From: Acidobacteriota bacterium
GTDB taxonomy: Bacteria; Acidobacteriota; UBA6911; RPQK01; CBDAPI01
DNA: 64,000 bases
Assembly (NCBI GenBank): GCA_965205615.1
Contig: CBDBHK010000035.1
Location: forward strand, 17,495-81,494
Direction: 5' to 3'
In this document: positions 1 through 10,040 of the stretch, piece after piece
Layout: each line of letters starts with the position of its first letter
Numbering within the stretch: the stretch's first letter is position 1
The notes under the pieces: generated by a model
Database searches by the model: none
Told to the model about the DNA's origin: nothing
What the model saw: only the letters and a program-made list of their open reading frames with translations
Translations under genes and position numbers: made by a program

Positions 1-1233
1 GGCGGAGTACAACTCGTTCGCGAAGAGGACGGGACTCGGGAAACAATCAAGAGCGAGGAACTGCGACTGACCCTGACGGCGGGGCCCACGCTCGAGAAGC
101 TCACGGCAACGGGAAACCCCTCGTTCGTCGTCGAGTCGGCCGGAAGCCGGCGGACTCTGGCTGCCCGGAAAGAGATCACGATAATCTTTCGAGATGGAAA
201 GGCCTCCAGACTGGATACCGAAGGAGCCTCCAGAATTCTGGATGAGGCGGGTGGTCAGAGGACGGTGATTCGGGCCTCCCGACTGACAAACGATTACGAA
301 GACGGTCGGCCTGTGTCTTTGCTGGCAGACGGACCGGTCCATCTGAAAAGGGGAACCGAGGAGCAGCCGCTCACCGCCACGGCCCGGAAGATGAGGCTGC
401 ACTACAGCACCGACGGCAAGTTGCGACACAGCGAACTCACCGGAAAACTCGTGCTACGGCAGAAAACCCCGGATGGAGTGATCGAGCTGACGGGTGAGAG
501 GGGTCTGATCAAAGCCGGCGGGGAAGTGATCGAGGTGGTTGGAGAACGTCGCCCCCGGCTCCGAAGCCTGACCGCCGCGGGTGAGGTGGGCAGCGTGACC
601 AACGCTACCAGCTTTCTCCTCAATGCTGCCGGTCATGGGATTGAGGCCACGGGCCCGGTGGAAACCAGGGTTCCGGGAAACCGTCTCTTGATCATCAAGG
701 CGGGTGGCATGAGAGCGGAGAGCGGGAGCCCCTGGATTGTCTACGACGGGCGGCCGCGCCTGCAGATGGACGAAAACATCATTGAAAGCGACCACATGCG
801 GCTGGAATCCCGACGTCTGCTGCTGGAAGCCGAAGGCTCGATTCGAGCCTTCGTCAAAACGGTGGAGGCCGACAAACACAAGGATTATCGCGTCACTGCC
901 GATCATCTGACTCTCGACCGCGAATCGCATCAGGCGACCTTCTCGGGTCATGTCCAGGCCGACTCGGACGATTTTGAGCTCGAAGCCTCGAAAATGAACC
1001 TTCATTTTAGTGGTCCCGATCTCGCTGAGCTGGTCCGGATGGTTGCACTCGACGATGTCAGAATGGTGGAAGAGGAGCGTCGGGCGCTGGGAGATAAGGC
1101 CGTCTACGCACCTGCCGAGGGAACGGTTACGATCACAGGAGAAACGGCTCAAGTTATTGATTCTAAACAAGGTAAGGCTATCGGCAACAGATTGACCTTC
1201 ACCCTGGGTGATGATACTCTGCTGATCGAATGA
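1..1233 (+). CDS. LptA/OstA-like periplasmic LPS-transport protein, 5' end cut by the window edge
   Basis: Frame 1 is open from base 1, with no stop before the listed start at 265. OstA-type repeats are visible ([37 protein letters not shown]; [47 protein letters not shown]). The stop overlaps the lptB start (ATGA at 1230-1233). Synteny is lptA-lptB-rpoN. Confidence 0.6.
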   Translation, partial: GGVQLVREEDGTRETIKSEELRLTLTAGPTLEKLTATGNPSFVVESAGSRRTLAARKEITIIFRDGKASRLDTEGASRILDEAGGQRTVIRASRLTNDYEDGRPVSLLADGPVHLKRGTEEQPLTATARKMRLHYSTDGKLRHSELTGKLVLRQKTPDGVIELTGERGLIKAGGEVIEVVGERRPRLRSLTAAGEVGSVTNATSFLLNAAGHGIEATGPVETRVPGNRLLIIKAGGMRAESGSPWIVYDGRPRLQMDENIIESDHMRLESRRLLLEAEGSIRAFVKTVEADKHKDYRVTADHLTLDRESHQATFSGHVQADSDDFELEASKMNLHFSGPDLAELVRMVALDDVRMVEEERRALGDKAVYAPAEGTVTITGETAQVIDSKQGKAIGNRLTFTLGDDTLLIE

Positions 1234-1988
1234 CGACCATGAGACCCACGCTTCGGACGGTCGAGAAAACGTTGAAGGTCGAAAATCTCGATAAGTCCTA
1301 TCGAGGGCGCAGAGTTGTGCAGGAAGTCAGCCTGCAGATCAAAGAAGGTGAAGTGGTCGGCCTCCTGGGACCCAACGGGGCCGGAAAAACAACCACTTTC
1401 TATATGATTGTCGGTTTAACTCCTCCCAACGCGGGCCGGGTGCTCCTGGACGGGGAAGAGATCACCCATCTTCCTATGTATCTCAGAGCCAGAAAAGGCA
1501 TCAGCTATCTGCCTCAAGAGCCGTCTGTCTTCCGACGTCTGAGTGTTGAGGACAACCTGTATGCCATTGCGGAAACCCTGGAGTTGAGTCATGGCGTGGC
1601 GGACCAGACGGTCAGCGAGCTGCTTGAGGAGTTTGGCATCGCTTCGCTGCGGACGCAGCCGGCTTACGCATTGTCCGGTGGCGAGCGGCGGCGTCTCGAG
1701 ATCGCGCGATCCCTCGTTACCAAGCCGTCTTTTATCTTGCTCGACGAACCGTTTGCCGGCATCGATCCCCTGGCGGTTCAGGATATTCAGCGCATTGTGG
1801 CCCACCTCAAAGAGCGGAACATAGGCGTGCTCATTACCGACCATAATGTTCGGGAGACTTTGAAGATAACCGACCGCGCTTACATCATTCGAGAGGGGAC
1901 CATCTTTCGATCAGGAACGCCCGACATTCTCTCTTCCGATCTCGAGGTCCGGAAGGTTTACCTTGGGGAACAGTTCCGCCTCTATTAA
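1230..1988 (+). CDS. lptB: LPS export ABC transporter ATP-binding protein LptB
   Basis: Walker [21 protein letters not shown] signature [15 protein letters not shown] and Walker [13 protein letters not shown]. The gene sits between an lptA-like gene and rpoN. Confidence 0.9.
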   Translation: MTTMRPTLRTVEKTLKVENLDKSYRGRRVVQEVSLQIKEGEVVGLLGPNGAGKTTTFYMIVGLTPPNAGRVLLDGEEITHLPMYLRARKGISYLPQEPSVFRRLSVEDNLYAIAETLELSHGVADQTVSELLEEFGIASLRTQPAYALSGGERRRLEIARSLVTKPSFILLDEPFAGIDPLAVQDIQRIVAHLKERNIGVLITDHNVRETLKITDRAYIIREGTIFRSGTPDILSSDLEVRKVYLGEQFRLY

Positions 1989-2047
1989 CTCGGAATCCTC
2001 GGATTTCGGGTTAGGACGGGAACCCGAAACGGCGGCAGGAGATCAGG

Positions 2048-3472
2048 TTGCATCGACCCCAGCTCAGAACCACACTCAATGTCAAGCTTTCCCAGCGCTT
2101 GACGATGACGCCTGCACTGCTGCAGAAGATCGAGCTGTTGACCCTCAACCGGCTGGAGCTGGCGGAGCTCCTTCAGCTGGAGCTGTCCGAAAACCCGGTT
2201 CTGGAGGAGGCTGGCGAGATCGAGGCCGGATCTGAGGGGGCCGAAGCACCCGCGGAGGAGGGTGCTCAGTCCGATGATGATCCCTTTGCCGACATCGACG
2301 TGGACTACTTTTTTGAAGACTACCTTCCCCCTCCCGCCAGGACCCGGTCGGACCCTGCAAGCCTCGAGGACAAACTCTCATTTGAGAGTTTTCTTTCGAC
2401 ACCCGTCACTCTGCAGGATCATCTCAACTGGCAGCTGAATCTCACAGAAGTGCCGCCGGAAATACACCGGATCGCCTACTTCATGATTGGAAATATCAAT
2501 TCCGACGGCTATCTGTGCATGAGCGACGAAGAGATTCAAGAGCAGCTTCAGGTGTCGCATGCCGAGTCCGACGAGGCTCTGGGCGTCGTGCAGACCTTCG
2601 ACCCTGCCGGGGTCTGTTCCAGAGACCTGAAAGAGTGTCTGCTCATTCAACTGAAGGGCCTCGAACTGGATCAAGGCGTTGCCGGAGAACTGGTCCGCGA
2701 GCACCTGATCGATATACAACAAGGCAAGATTGAACGGCTTTCCGGCTGGATCGGATGCACGGCCGTCGAAATAGACGAAGCCTTGAAAGTGATACGGACG
2801 CTTTCTCCCAGACCTGGTCAGCAGTACGATTCGCGCCCACCGGAATTCGTCCAGCCCGATGTCTATATTCAAAAGGCCGAGAACGGGTATCGAGTCGTCA
2901 TTAGTGACGACGGCTTGCCCCGGCTCCGGCTGAGCCACGCCTACCGGCGCCTGCTGCGCCAAAAAGCCACCTCCAAGGAGACCAAAAGCTTCATCCGCGA
3001 ACGCTTTCGGTCCGCCGTCGAGCTGCTCAAGAGCATCGACCAGAGAGAAGCCACTATTTACCGCGTGTGCGAATCGGTGATCCAACGTCAAAAGCCTTTT
3101 CTCGACCATGGACTGCTTCATTTAAGGCCGATGCTGATCAAAGAGATCGCAGAGGAATTGAACCTCCATTCATCGACGATCAGCCGGGTTGTTGCCAACA
3201 AGTACGCTCATACTCCTCAAGGGGTCCTGGAGCTTCGGCGCTTTTTCAATGTCGGGATAGAGGGTGCCGGGGGCCAGAGCTTTTCCACGCTTCAGGTCAA
3301 GGAGACCATTCGCAAGATTGTCGAGGCTGAGGACCCCGCTAAGCCCCTGTCTGATCAGAAGATCGCAGATCGTCTGAATCGAGAAGGGATTCAGATCACC
3401 AGGAGAACGGTGGCGAAGTACCGGGATCAGATGCACATTGCCGGCTCGCGACGGCGGCGGAAAAAGGCCTGA
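2048..3472 (+). CDS. rpoN: RNA polymerase sigma-54 factor
   Basis: C-terminal RpoN box ITRRTVAKYRDQMHI, an acidic region II, and the N-terminal LSQRLTMTPALLQKIELL motif. TTG start. Confidence 0.95.
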   Translation: MHRPQLRTTLNVKLSQRLTMTPALLQKIELLTLNRLELAELLQLELSENPVLEEAGEIEAGSEGAEAPAEEGAQSDDDPFADIDVDYFFEDYLPPPARTRSDPASLEDKLSFESFLSTPVTLQDHLNWQLNLTEVPPEIHRIAYFMIGNINSDGYLCMSDEEIQEQLQVSHAESDEALGVVQTFDPAGVCSRDLKECLLIQLKGLELDQGVAGELVREHLIDIQQGKIERLSGWIGCTAVEIDEALKVIRTLSPRPGQQYDSRPPEFVQPDVYIQKAENGYRVVISDDGLPRLRLSHAYRRLLRQKATSKETKSFIRERFRSAVELLKSIDQREATIYRVCESVIQRQKPFLDHGLLHLRPMLIKEIAEELNLHSSTISRVVANKYAHTPQGVLELRRFFNVGIEGAGGQSFSTLQVKETIRKIVEAEDPAKPLSDQKIADRLNREGIQITRRTVAKYRDQMHIAGSRRRRKKA

Positions 3473-3500
3473 TCACTCGCCGCCAGAGACTGCCAGACCG

Positions 3501-4400
3501 ATGACGCCCCCGAGAGACCCCGATCAGATCGTCATCGTCACAGGTATGAGCGGGTCTGGAAAGCACACCGTATTCAAGGCTCTGGAGGACCTTGGATACT
3601 TCTGTGTCGACAACCTGCCCCCGGGCCTTTTGCCGAAGCTGATCGAAATGGGAAGGGCGGCCGGTGGCGGTGTCACCAAACTGGCCGTGGTTACGGACGT
3701 GAGATCGGGAACAACACTGAGCGACTTCGAATCGGTCTACCAGAGTCTCAAGAAGTCCCACTACACAACCAGAGTGGTCTTTGTGGATGCCTCTGACGAC
3801 GTTCTGGCCCGGCGCTACAGCGAGACGCGAAGAGTCCATCCCCTGGCGCAGGGGCAAGGCGTGCTCGAAGGCGTTCGGGCTGAACGGCGGCAGGTTGCCC
3901 GTCTGCGGGAACTTTCGGACTTCGTGCTCGATACCAGTCAGACCTCCGTTCACGAGCTGAAGCAGATCATTCAACAGACTTTTTCCAGCGAGACGGACTC
4001 CGAGCGTCCCCGGCTGACCCTTGTTTCATTCGGCTACAAACATGGTCTGCCCTTCAACGCCGACATGATCTTTGACGTACGGTTCCTTCCCAACCCCTAC
4101 TTCGACCCCCTGTTGCAGAACCTGACGGGCAATGATCCGGCAGTGGCGGCCTTTTTTCGCGAGAGGTCGGAAACAGAAGACTCCGTGGATCGGATTGCAG
4201 GGCTGCTCTGCTACTTGATTCCGAGATACAGGAAAGAGGGCAAGAACTACCTGACCATTGGAATCGGCTGCACCGGCGGGAGACACCGTTCTGTGTACGT
4301 GTGCCGAGAGCTCTCGAAAGGGCTTCGGCGCCATGGATTCAGGCCCCTTGTTCAGCACCGCGACCTGCATAAGGACCGGGGACTACGGGGGACTGTATAG
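3501..4400 (+). CDS. rapZ: RNase adapter protein RapZ
   Basis: Walker A GMSGSGKHTVFKALEDLGYFCVDNLP and C-terminal GCTGGRHRSV. The ATG at 3501 is chosen inside the longer listed ORF. The gene lies downstream of rpoN, as is typical. Confidence 0.9.
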   Translation: MTPPRDPDQIVIVTGMSGSGKHTVFKALEDLGYFCVDNLPPGLLPKLIEMGRAAGGGVTKLAVVTDVRSGTTLSDFESVYQSLKKSHYTTRVVFVDASDDVLARRYSETRRVHPLAQGQGVLEGVRAERRQVARLRELSDFVLDTSQTSVHELKQIIQQTFSSETDSERPRLTLVSFGYKHGLPFNADMIFDVRFLPNPYFDPLLQNLTGNDPAVAAFFRERSETEDSVDRIAGLLCYLIPRYRKEGKNYLTIGIGCTGGRHRSVYVCRELSKGLRRHGFRPLVQHRDLHKDRGLRGTV

Positions 4401-4446
4401 CAGGCGACCGGATTCCATCCGTCTGGCCGATGAAACATTCTCGTTC

Positions 4447-4455
4447 TGCTACAAT
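4447..4455 (+). promoter_or_regulatory. possible extended -10 promoter element (TGCTACAAT) just upstream of the 4464 gene
   Basis: TGnTAnAAT-type sequence 9-12 nt before the GTG/ATG at 4464/4467. If it is used, the mRNA would be nearly leaderless. No convincing -35 was seen. Confidence 0.25.
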
Positions 4456-4463
4456 CTAAAGTA

Positions 4464-6425
4464 GTGATGACACAGATCAGGTTTCCCCAGATCAGGTTTC
4501 CCTTTAACGCAAGCATTTCCAGATGGGTTGGGCTTGCAGCAGCGAGCCTGCTGTTGGTCGGCTCGCTTTCCGGAAACGGCTACTACCCGCCCAGAATCAG
4601 TTTCATCGATGGTAAGGCCAGCTATGAGCCCGCCGGGGATGTCGACTGGTCCGAGGTCACGGTCAACCTCCCGCTCCTGAGTGGGGATCGGATCGTCGCG
4701 CAGCCGGGCTCGCGTGTGGAAATCGAACTCGGGCAGGGAAACTTTCTCCGCCTGGGCGAAAATACGGACGTCTTATTCGGCAACGTCTCGGGCCAGGACG
4801 GTGACATCGACCTGAAGCTGGGCGAGATGGTGCTGAGGGTCAACGACTCCTCTGGCTACTATGTGCATCTGCCCGGCTCTACGGTGAGGATCAAGAAGAA
4901 GGGCTACTATCGCTTTTCCGTAGACGAACAGGGCGGCAGCCGGGTCATCGTGTGGAAAGGACGGGTGGTGGCCGAGAACGCCTTCGAGGAAAGCAAGGTG
5001 GACGGTGGCCAGCAGCTGGTCGTGAACGGTTCCTCCGGAAGGTTTCAGCGCGTCACTTTTGCACCAGAACGTGACGAACTCGACTTGTGGAGCGATCGCC
5101 GGGATGCTCACTTCTCGGCCAGCCAGTCCGTAGCCAAAGTTGGAGGTGCCTACACCGGCGTGTACGACCTCGACAACTACGGTGCATGGGACCAGGTGCC
5201 CACTTACGGGAACGTGTGGTTCCCCAGTGTCAGTGTGGGCTGGGCGCCCTATCGAGCTGGTCGCTGGGGCCACTACCCAAGCTGGGGTTGGACCTGGATC
5301 AGTCATGAGCCCTGGGGCTGGCTTCCGTATCATCACGGCCGCTGGCATTACTATCAACCCTACAACCGGTGGTGCTGGGCTCCGGGCAGTTTTTCTTACT
5401 GGTCGCCGGCGCGAGTGAACTTTTACTGGGGATCCGGTTACGTTGGCTGGTCTCCTTACGGCTTCAGCTTCGGGTTTGGGCACGGCCATGGAATCGGGCA
5501 CTATGGCGGCGGTTATGTGGACAACTCGGTCACGATCGTCAACAACTACAACGATCCCCGATCCGGATTGACCATGGTCTCCGAGGACGATTTTCGCGCC
5601 TCCAGGGTTGATCGGACCCGCGTTAAGACCATCAACCAGAGCATCGCCGGCAATCTGAACTCGGGCCTGCCCAAGAGTCTCGCTGAGGGATCTCCGAACA
5701 GCCGTCCCCGCAGTTCGTTTGTCAGCAGTAAGAGTCGCGGTGTCGAGACAACAAGGGGCGAGCGCGGTCGCACCGTGTCCGGCGGATTCTCGCAGGCGCG
5801 GACGTCCCACGCGAATACAGGGTCGGGCAAGACACCCCTGGGTGCTCGCCAGGTCGGGTCCGCCTCGAGAGGTGACACGGCCTTCACACGCGCCAGCGGC
5901 AAGACATCCTCCAACAGGACAGCTTCGGGCGCAGGACTCAGTGCACGATCTTCGACCAGGCCGGCAGGACAGGCGCTCAGCGTCTCCTCTGGCAGCCGTC
6001 GCAAGACGACGGGCCGCCCTGGCGTAACAACGGTGCCGCGCAGCAACGTTGGAAGTCTGTTTTCCAGGTCTCCGTCTTCAGGACGGAGTCGTTCGGCCAC
6101 CGGTACCAGTGTGGGCTCGAGGTCCAGATCGACGCCTTCGCGGTCGAGCCTCTCTCGGCGGAGCTCAGGCCGAGCTATCGGCGCCTCCCGCAGCAGCAGT
6201 CGGGTGAGCCCGAGTCGGCCCTCGTCCTCGTCAGTGAGGTCCAGTCGGCCGGCCACCAGTTCCAGAAGTCGTTCTTCCAGCTTTGGCCGGAGCAGTTCCC
6301 CGAGCCGCTCCAGCGTTTCCCGCTCCAGCGGTCGCAGTGTGAGCCGCCCTTCGGCCTCTCGAAGCGCTCCCAGGCCATCAGCGCCCTCCAGCAGCAGCCG
6401 TACGGCCAGGTCATCACGGCGCTAG
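4464..6425 (+). CDS. secreted DUF6600/FecR-like protein with a Trp-rich core and a long Ser/Arg-rich C-terminal tail
   Basis: Signal-like N-terminus (WVGLAAASLLLVGSLSG). FecR-like segment ISFIDGKASYEPAGDVDWSEVTVNLPLLSGDRIVAQPGSRVEIEL. W-rich block WGWTWISHEPWGWLPYHHGRWHYYQPYNRWCW. The last ~240 aa are almost only S/R/P/G/T. The family name is from memory and unverified. Confidence 0.6.
   Translation: MMTQIRFPQIRFPFNASISRWVGLAAASLLLVGSLSGNGYYPPRISFIDGKASYEPAGDVDWSEVTVNLPLLSGDRIVAQPGSRVEIELGQGNFLRLGENTDVLFGNVSGQDGDIDLKLGEMVLRVNDSSGYYVHLPGSTVRIKKKGYYRFSVDEQGGSRVIVWKGRVVAENAFEESKVDGGQQLVVNGSSGRFQRVTFAPERDELDLWSDRRDAHFSASQSVAKVGGAYTGVYDLDNYGAWDQVPTYGNVWFPSVSVGWAPYRAGRWGHYPSWGWTWISHEPWGWLPYHHGRWHYYQPYNRWCWAPGSFSYWSPARVNFYWGSGYVGWSPYGFSFGFGHGHGIGHYGGGYVDNSVTIVNNYNDPRSGLTMVSEDDFRASRVDRTRVKTINQSIAGNLNSGLPKSLAEGSPNSRPRSSFVSSKSRGVETTRGERGRTVSGGFSQARTSHANTGSGKTPLGARQVGSASRGDTAFTRASGKTSSNRTASGAGLSARSSTRPAGQALSVSSGSRRKTTGRPGVTTVPRSNVGSLFSRSPSSGRSRSATGTSVGSRSRSTPSRSSLSRRSSGRAIGASRSSSRVSPSRPSSSSVRSSRPATSSRSRSSSFGRSSSPSRSSVSRSSGRSVSRPSASRSAPRPSAPSSSSRTARSSRR
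4473..4502 (+). repeat. perfect 15-bp tandem duplication (CAGATCAGGTTTCCC x2)
   Basis: Read directly. It is in frame and gives QIRFP-QIRFP at residues 4-13 of the 4464 ORF. Confidence 0.95.
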
Positions 6426-6453
6426 CAGCCCGTCTTCCGATCTTGCAGGGGAG

Positions 6454-6459
6454 TATAAT
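6454..6459 (+). promoter_or_regulatory. consensus TATAAT hexamer upstream of hflX
   Basis: Perfect TATAAT 28 nt before the TTG at 6487, followed by GAGGAGG (6464-6470). The -35 is weak. Confidence 0.25.
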
Positions 6460-6486
6460 CTTCGAGGAGGCGCGATCTCACATCAT

Positions 6487-8199
6487 TTGACCGGAAACAT
6501 CCGTGGACTGAAATCGTCCGAGCGGCGCTCACTTGAGCGGACCTATCGCCGCAGGGTTCCGCCGCGTGAAATCGTTTCTCTGGAACTGGCGCAGCACCTC
6601 TGTTCGCTTTCGCGAAAGCTCACACGTCAGGTAGGAGCACTGATCACCCGCAAGGGAACCATTCGCAACGTCGTGGTGGGAGATGCCGTGCACCTCATGC
6701 TCCCCGATATAGGCCGATTACGGGGGGGAGCCGGGCGTTTCCGTGGTCTTCGCCTGGTTCATACCCATCTGAAGGGTGAACCGCTTAGTGTCGACGACCT
6801 CAATGACCTGGCCCTGTTGCGGTTGGATCTGATCGCTGCCATCGAGGCCCGTCCCGATGGGAGCCCCGGAACTCTGCACGCCGCCTACGTGAATCCTCTC
6901 TCCGAAGACCACCAGGGCAACGATGAACCCTTCCAGTATGTCGAAGCTGCGCGGCTGCACGATCTTGATTTTGATTTCGCCTCCACCATTTGGGCGGTAG
7001 AAGAGGAGTTCTCAAGGCGTTGGGGCAAGGCTGCGCGCGGTCAGAGCAGGGAAAGAGCAGTGCTGGTCGGCCTGAATCGGGACGAGAATCATCTCCTGGA
7101 AATGACCGAGTTGATCAAGTCATCAGGAGTTGATCTGGCAAGCGTGGTCCAACAGAGCAGGAGGCGGGTACACCCACGAACGGTTGTGGGGCGGGGAAAG
7201 CTCCAGGAAATCGTTTTAGAAGGAATGCGCCAGCAGGCGGAAGTCGCTGTATTCGATCTCGTTTTGAAACCTGCACAGGCTCGCGCTTTCGAGGATGCGA
7301 CCGGCCTGAAAGCCATTGACCGTACCCAGCTCATCCTGGATATCTTCGCTCAAAGAGCTCGCAGCCGTGACGGAAAGCTGCAGGTGGAGCTGGCACAGCT
7401 CAAGTACTCGCTGCCCCGCCTGACTGAGAAAGATGCGGGTCTTTCCCGGCTGGTTGGAGGAATCGGAGGGAGAGGTCCCGGTGAGACGGTACTGGAAATC
7501 GGCCGTCGGCGCATCCGACAGCGTATCCGTGCGCTCGAGAAACGCACGGCTGCCCTCTCCCGACAGCGAGAATTGCGGCGCAGCAGACGGCGTCGCGAAG
7601 AGTTGCCCATCCTTTCCATCGTGGGCTACACCAACGCCGGGAAATCGACCCTTTTGAATACTCTGACGAACAGTAACATCGCAACCGCCGATCAATTGTT
7701 CATGACCCTGGATCCCAGCAGCCGCAGGCTTCGATTTCCGACCCAGGGTGAGGTCATTATTACGGACACCGTCGGGTTCATATCGGATCTTCCCGCGGAC
7801 CTGATGGCAGCCTTTCGAGCTACCCTGGAGGAACTCGGGGACGCAGATCTGCTCCTGCACGTCGTGGATGCAGCCGACCAGCGAATCGATCACCACATGA
7901 CGGCAGTCAACCGAACACTCGAAGAGATCGGGGTAGGGGACACGCCCAGACTGCTGGTCCTGAACAAGTTGGATCGGATCGACCGGGAGAGCCTCCGACG
8001 ACTGCAGCGCCGGTACGGCGGCGTGCCGGTGAGTGCTCGACACCGCCTCGGCCTCGAGCAGCTGATCGAAGAGGTGATCTTGATCCTGCACCACAAGCGG
8101 GGACACTTCGCTCCCGGGGCTATTGCTTTGCGGCAGAACCGGGAAGCACAGCCTCTTCCATCCGCTAGCGCCACCGGAAGCCAGCATGACGATCAATGA
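6487..8199 (+). CDS. hflX: GTPase HflX
   Basis: G1 [13 protein letters not shown]3 DTVGFI and G4 NKLD, plus the HflX N-terminal domain. The start is uncertain, and the ORF is longer than typical HflX. Confidence 0.9.
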   Translation: MTGNIRGLKSSERRSLERTYRRRVPPREIVSLELAQHLCSLSRKLTRQVGALITRKGTIRNVVVGDAVHLMLPDIGRLRGGAGRFRGLRLVHTHLKGEPLSVDDLNDLALLRLDLIAAIEARPDGSPGTLHAAYVNPLSEDHQGNDEPFQYVEAARLHDLDFDFASTIWAVEEEFSRRWGKAARGQSRERAVLVGLNRDENHLLEMTELIKSSGVDLASVVQQSRRRVHPRTVVGRGKLQEIVLEGMRQQAEVAVFDLVLKPAQARAFEDATGLKAIDRTQLILDIFAQRARSRDGKLQVELAQLKYSLPRLTEKDAGLSRLVGGIGGRGPGETVLEIGRRRIRQRIRALEKRTAALSRQRELRRSRRRREELPILSIVGYTNAGKSTLLNTLTNSNIATADQLFMTLDPSSRRLRFPTQGEVIITDTVGFISDLPADLMAAFRATLEELGDADLLLHVVDAADQRIDHHMTAVNRTLEEIGVGDTPRLLVLNKLDRIDRESLRRLQRRYGGVPVSARHRLGLEQLIEEVILILHHKRGHFAPGAIALRQNREAQPLPSASATGSQHDDQ

Positions 8200-9091
8200 T
8201 CTCCACTGCCACTTTTTTTCCAACACCTTCCTGCACTCACTGGGCAGACAGGCAGGGATGCCCGATTCCGCCGAACTCGGGGGCCTGGTGGTAGAGCGTC
8301 TGGAGTGGGATGAGCCAGGCTCTAATCTGAAACTGGCCCAACGGTGGATTGAGGATCTGGACGAAAACGGGGTCAGCCGGATCGGCCTGATCGCCAGTCT
8401 TCCCGGCGAGGAGAATGCCGTCAGCGAAGCAGTAGGGCACTTTCCCATGCGCTTTGTGGGTCAGTTCATGGTTGACCCGACGCAGCCTGATGCTACGCAG
8501 CGGACCAGAAGAGGTCTGGGAGAGCTGGGAATGCAGGTGGTCTGCCTGTTTCCAGCCATGCACCATTTCCGGCTGGACAGTGACGAGGCCATGGCGGTCT
8601 TCGAGATTGCCAGTGAGCTGGGCCGTGCCGCCTTTGTGCACTGCGGCGTTCTCAGCGTGGGGGTTCGCAGGAAACTCGAGCTGGCCAGCCCGTTTGACAT
8701 TCGACTGGGGAACCCGTTGGATCTGCAGAGAGCAGCCAACGCCTTTCCGAGACTTTCGATCCTGATCCCTCATTTCGGCGCCGGATTCTTCCGGGAGGCC
8801 CTCATGGCCGCCGACCTCCACTCCGGGATCTACCTGGATACGTCCAGTTCCAACTCCTGGATCAAGTACTCCGCAGGCACGAGCCTGGACACCGTATTTC
8901 AAACAGCGCTGGATGTTCTCGGGCCGAGACGACTTGTCTTTGGCACCGATTCGTCCTTCTTTCCCCGCGGGTGGCAACGGGTGATCCTGGAAACACAACA
9001 GAAGATCCTGGCCGACCTGGGGGTGCCGGACGAGGAACAGCGGCTGGTTTGGGGGGGCAACTTCGAGAGGCTCTTTCCCGTCGAAGGTTAG
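8186..9091 (+). CDS. amidohydrolase-family metal-dependent hydrolase
   Basis: N-terminal metal motif DLHCHFF and TIM-barrel hydrolase-like length. The ATG at 8186 overlaps the hflX stop (8197-8199). Confidence 0.65.
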   Translation: MTINDLHCHFFSNTFLHSLGRQAGMPDSAELGGLVVERLEWDEPGSNLKLAQRWIEDLDENGVSRIGLIASLPGEENAVSEAVGHFPMRFVGQFMVDPTQPDATQRTRRGLGELGMQVVCLFPAMHHFRLDSDEAMAVFEIASELGRAAFVHCGVLSVGVRRKLELASPFDIRLGNPLDLQRAANAFPRLSILIPHFGAGFFREALMAADLHSGIYLDTSSSNSWIKYSAGTSLDTVFQTALDVLGPRRLVFGTDSSFFPRGWQRVILETQQKILADLGVPDEEQRLVWGGNFERLFPVEG

Positions 9092-9122
9092 CAGCCGGTG
9101 AGAGAGGTTCCCCGGGCTGCTA
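9089..9122. terminator. hairpin shared by two convergent genes, whose two TAG stop codons form the stem ends
   Basis: TAGCAGCC(GG)..(CC)GGGCTGCTA. 9089-9096 pairs with 9115-9122, with 2 more pairs after a bulge. There is no U-tract. Confidence 0.35.
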
Positions 9123-9874
9123 GGTCTTGCCGTTGGAAGAATGCAACGGCGCAGTCGAGGCGATCAAAGCGTCGGCGTTGATGAGGAGCTTTCTTCCCTG
9201 GTAGTGGACCCAGCCGCGTTTCTTGAACCTGGACAGGATGGTTGATATGTGCGGCCGGTTTCCGCCGATCATGCGAGCCAGCTGATCGTGGGAAACGGAA
9301 ATCTTGAGCTTGACCATGCATTGATCCGCAACCGTGCGCTTGCCATGACGGTCGGCGAGCTTGAGGAGCATCGTGGCAACCCGGTTCTCGTATCGAGAAA
9401 ACTGAGCGCCCCGATGTCCTCCCGAGCCTCCGTCAGCTGGTGCGTCAGAATCTCTATCATGTTCAGCGCGAGTCCCGGTTTGAGACTCAGCAGGCGGAGG
9501 AAATGGTCTCGACTCAAGACCGACACCCAGCACTCGTCGTGGGCAGTGGCCTGAACGCTGCGTTTTCGCGGGTTTCCGAGAATGTTCTCGCCGAAGATAT
9601 CTCCGGTTTTGAAGAGAGCGATGATTTTCTCCCGGCCACTGGCGGCGTTGACCACGGAGATACGCACGCATCCGCGATTGAGAATACAGATGGAGTCGGC
9701 TACATCCTCCTCCGAGAAGATGACTTCACCTTTGGAGTAAATTCGATCCGAACAGATGCGTGCGATAGCCGTCAGATCGGGCAACGAAAATCCCTTCAAC
9801 AGGGGAGCTTGCCTCAAATGCCAGATCTTGTCGACGCCCTTCAATCCTTCAACAGCAACTGCAGCTCCGCTCAT
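9120..9874 (-). pseudogene. Crp/Fnr-family transcriptional regulator interrupted by a 1-nt frameshift near 9390
   Basis: ORF 9269-9874 encodes the cNMP-binding domain up to ...LTEAREDIGALSFLDT. The HTH half (ENRVATMLLKLADRHGK...VSHDQLARMIGGNRPHISTILSRFKKRGWV) continues in another frame, in ORF 9120-9671. On the minus strand, CTCGATAC-GAGAACCGG lacks one base. Confidence 0.75.
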
Positions 9875-10040
9875 TTCACCTCCTGAGGGTGCCTGGCACT
9901 CAAAGGGTCTGTTCGGCTTAAAGAAACCTACGTCTTTCTGTCTCTTTTAGACGTCAGCGCAAGGAAAGGGGTTCACAAGTCTTGGACGTCCCCTCGAAGC
10001 AGTTGCCAACTCTCGAGAAAACAGGCATGTTTGGTAGGCC

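Noticed and set aside
5546-6256. A 236-aa ORF on the - strand within the Ser/Arg-rich region
   Set aside because: It is the mirror image of the biased AGC/CGN codon composition of the + strand tail. It has no start context or motifs.
7216-8448. A 410-aa ORF on the - strand
   Set aside because: It is antisense to hflX and to the amidohydrolase start. No motifs are present.
9385-9395. Programmed ribosomal frameshifting in the Crp/Fnr gene
   Set aside because: There is no slippery heptamer or homopolymer, no downstream structure, and no precedent for this family. A mutation or a sequence error is the simpler explanation.
9893-9910. A sigma-54 promoter-like TGGCAC (a second case is at 58240-58256 inside mutS)
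   Set aside because: There is no TTGC element at the required spacing. At 9893 it reads TGGCAC-TCAAA-GGGTC. The mutS case has a GC one position too far away and is intragenic.
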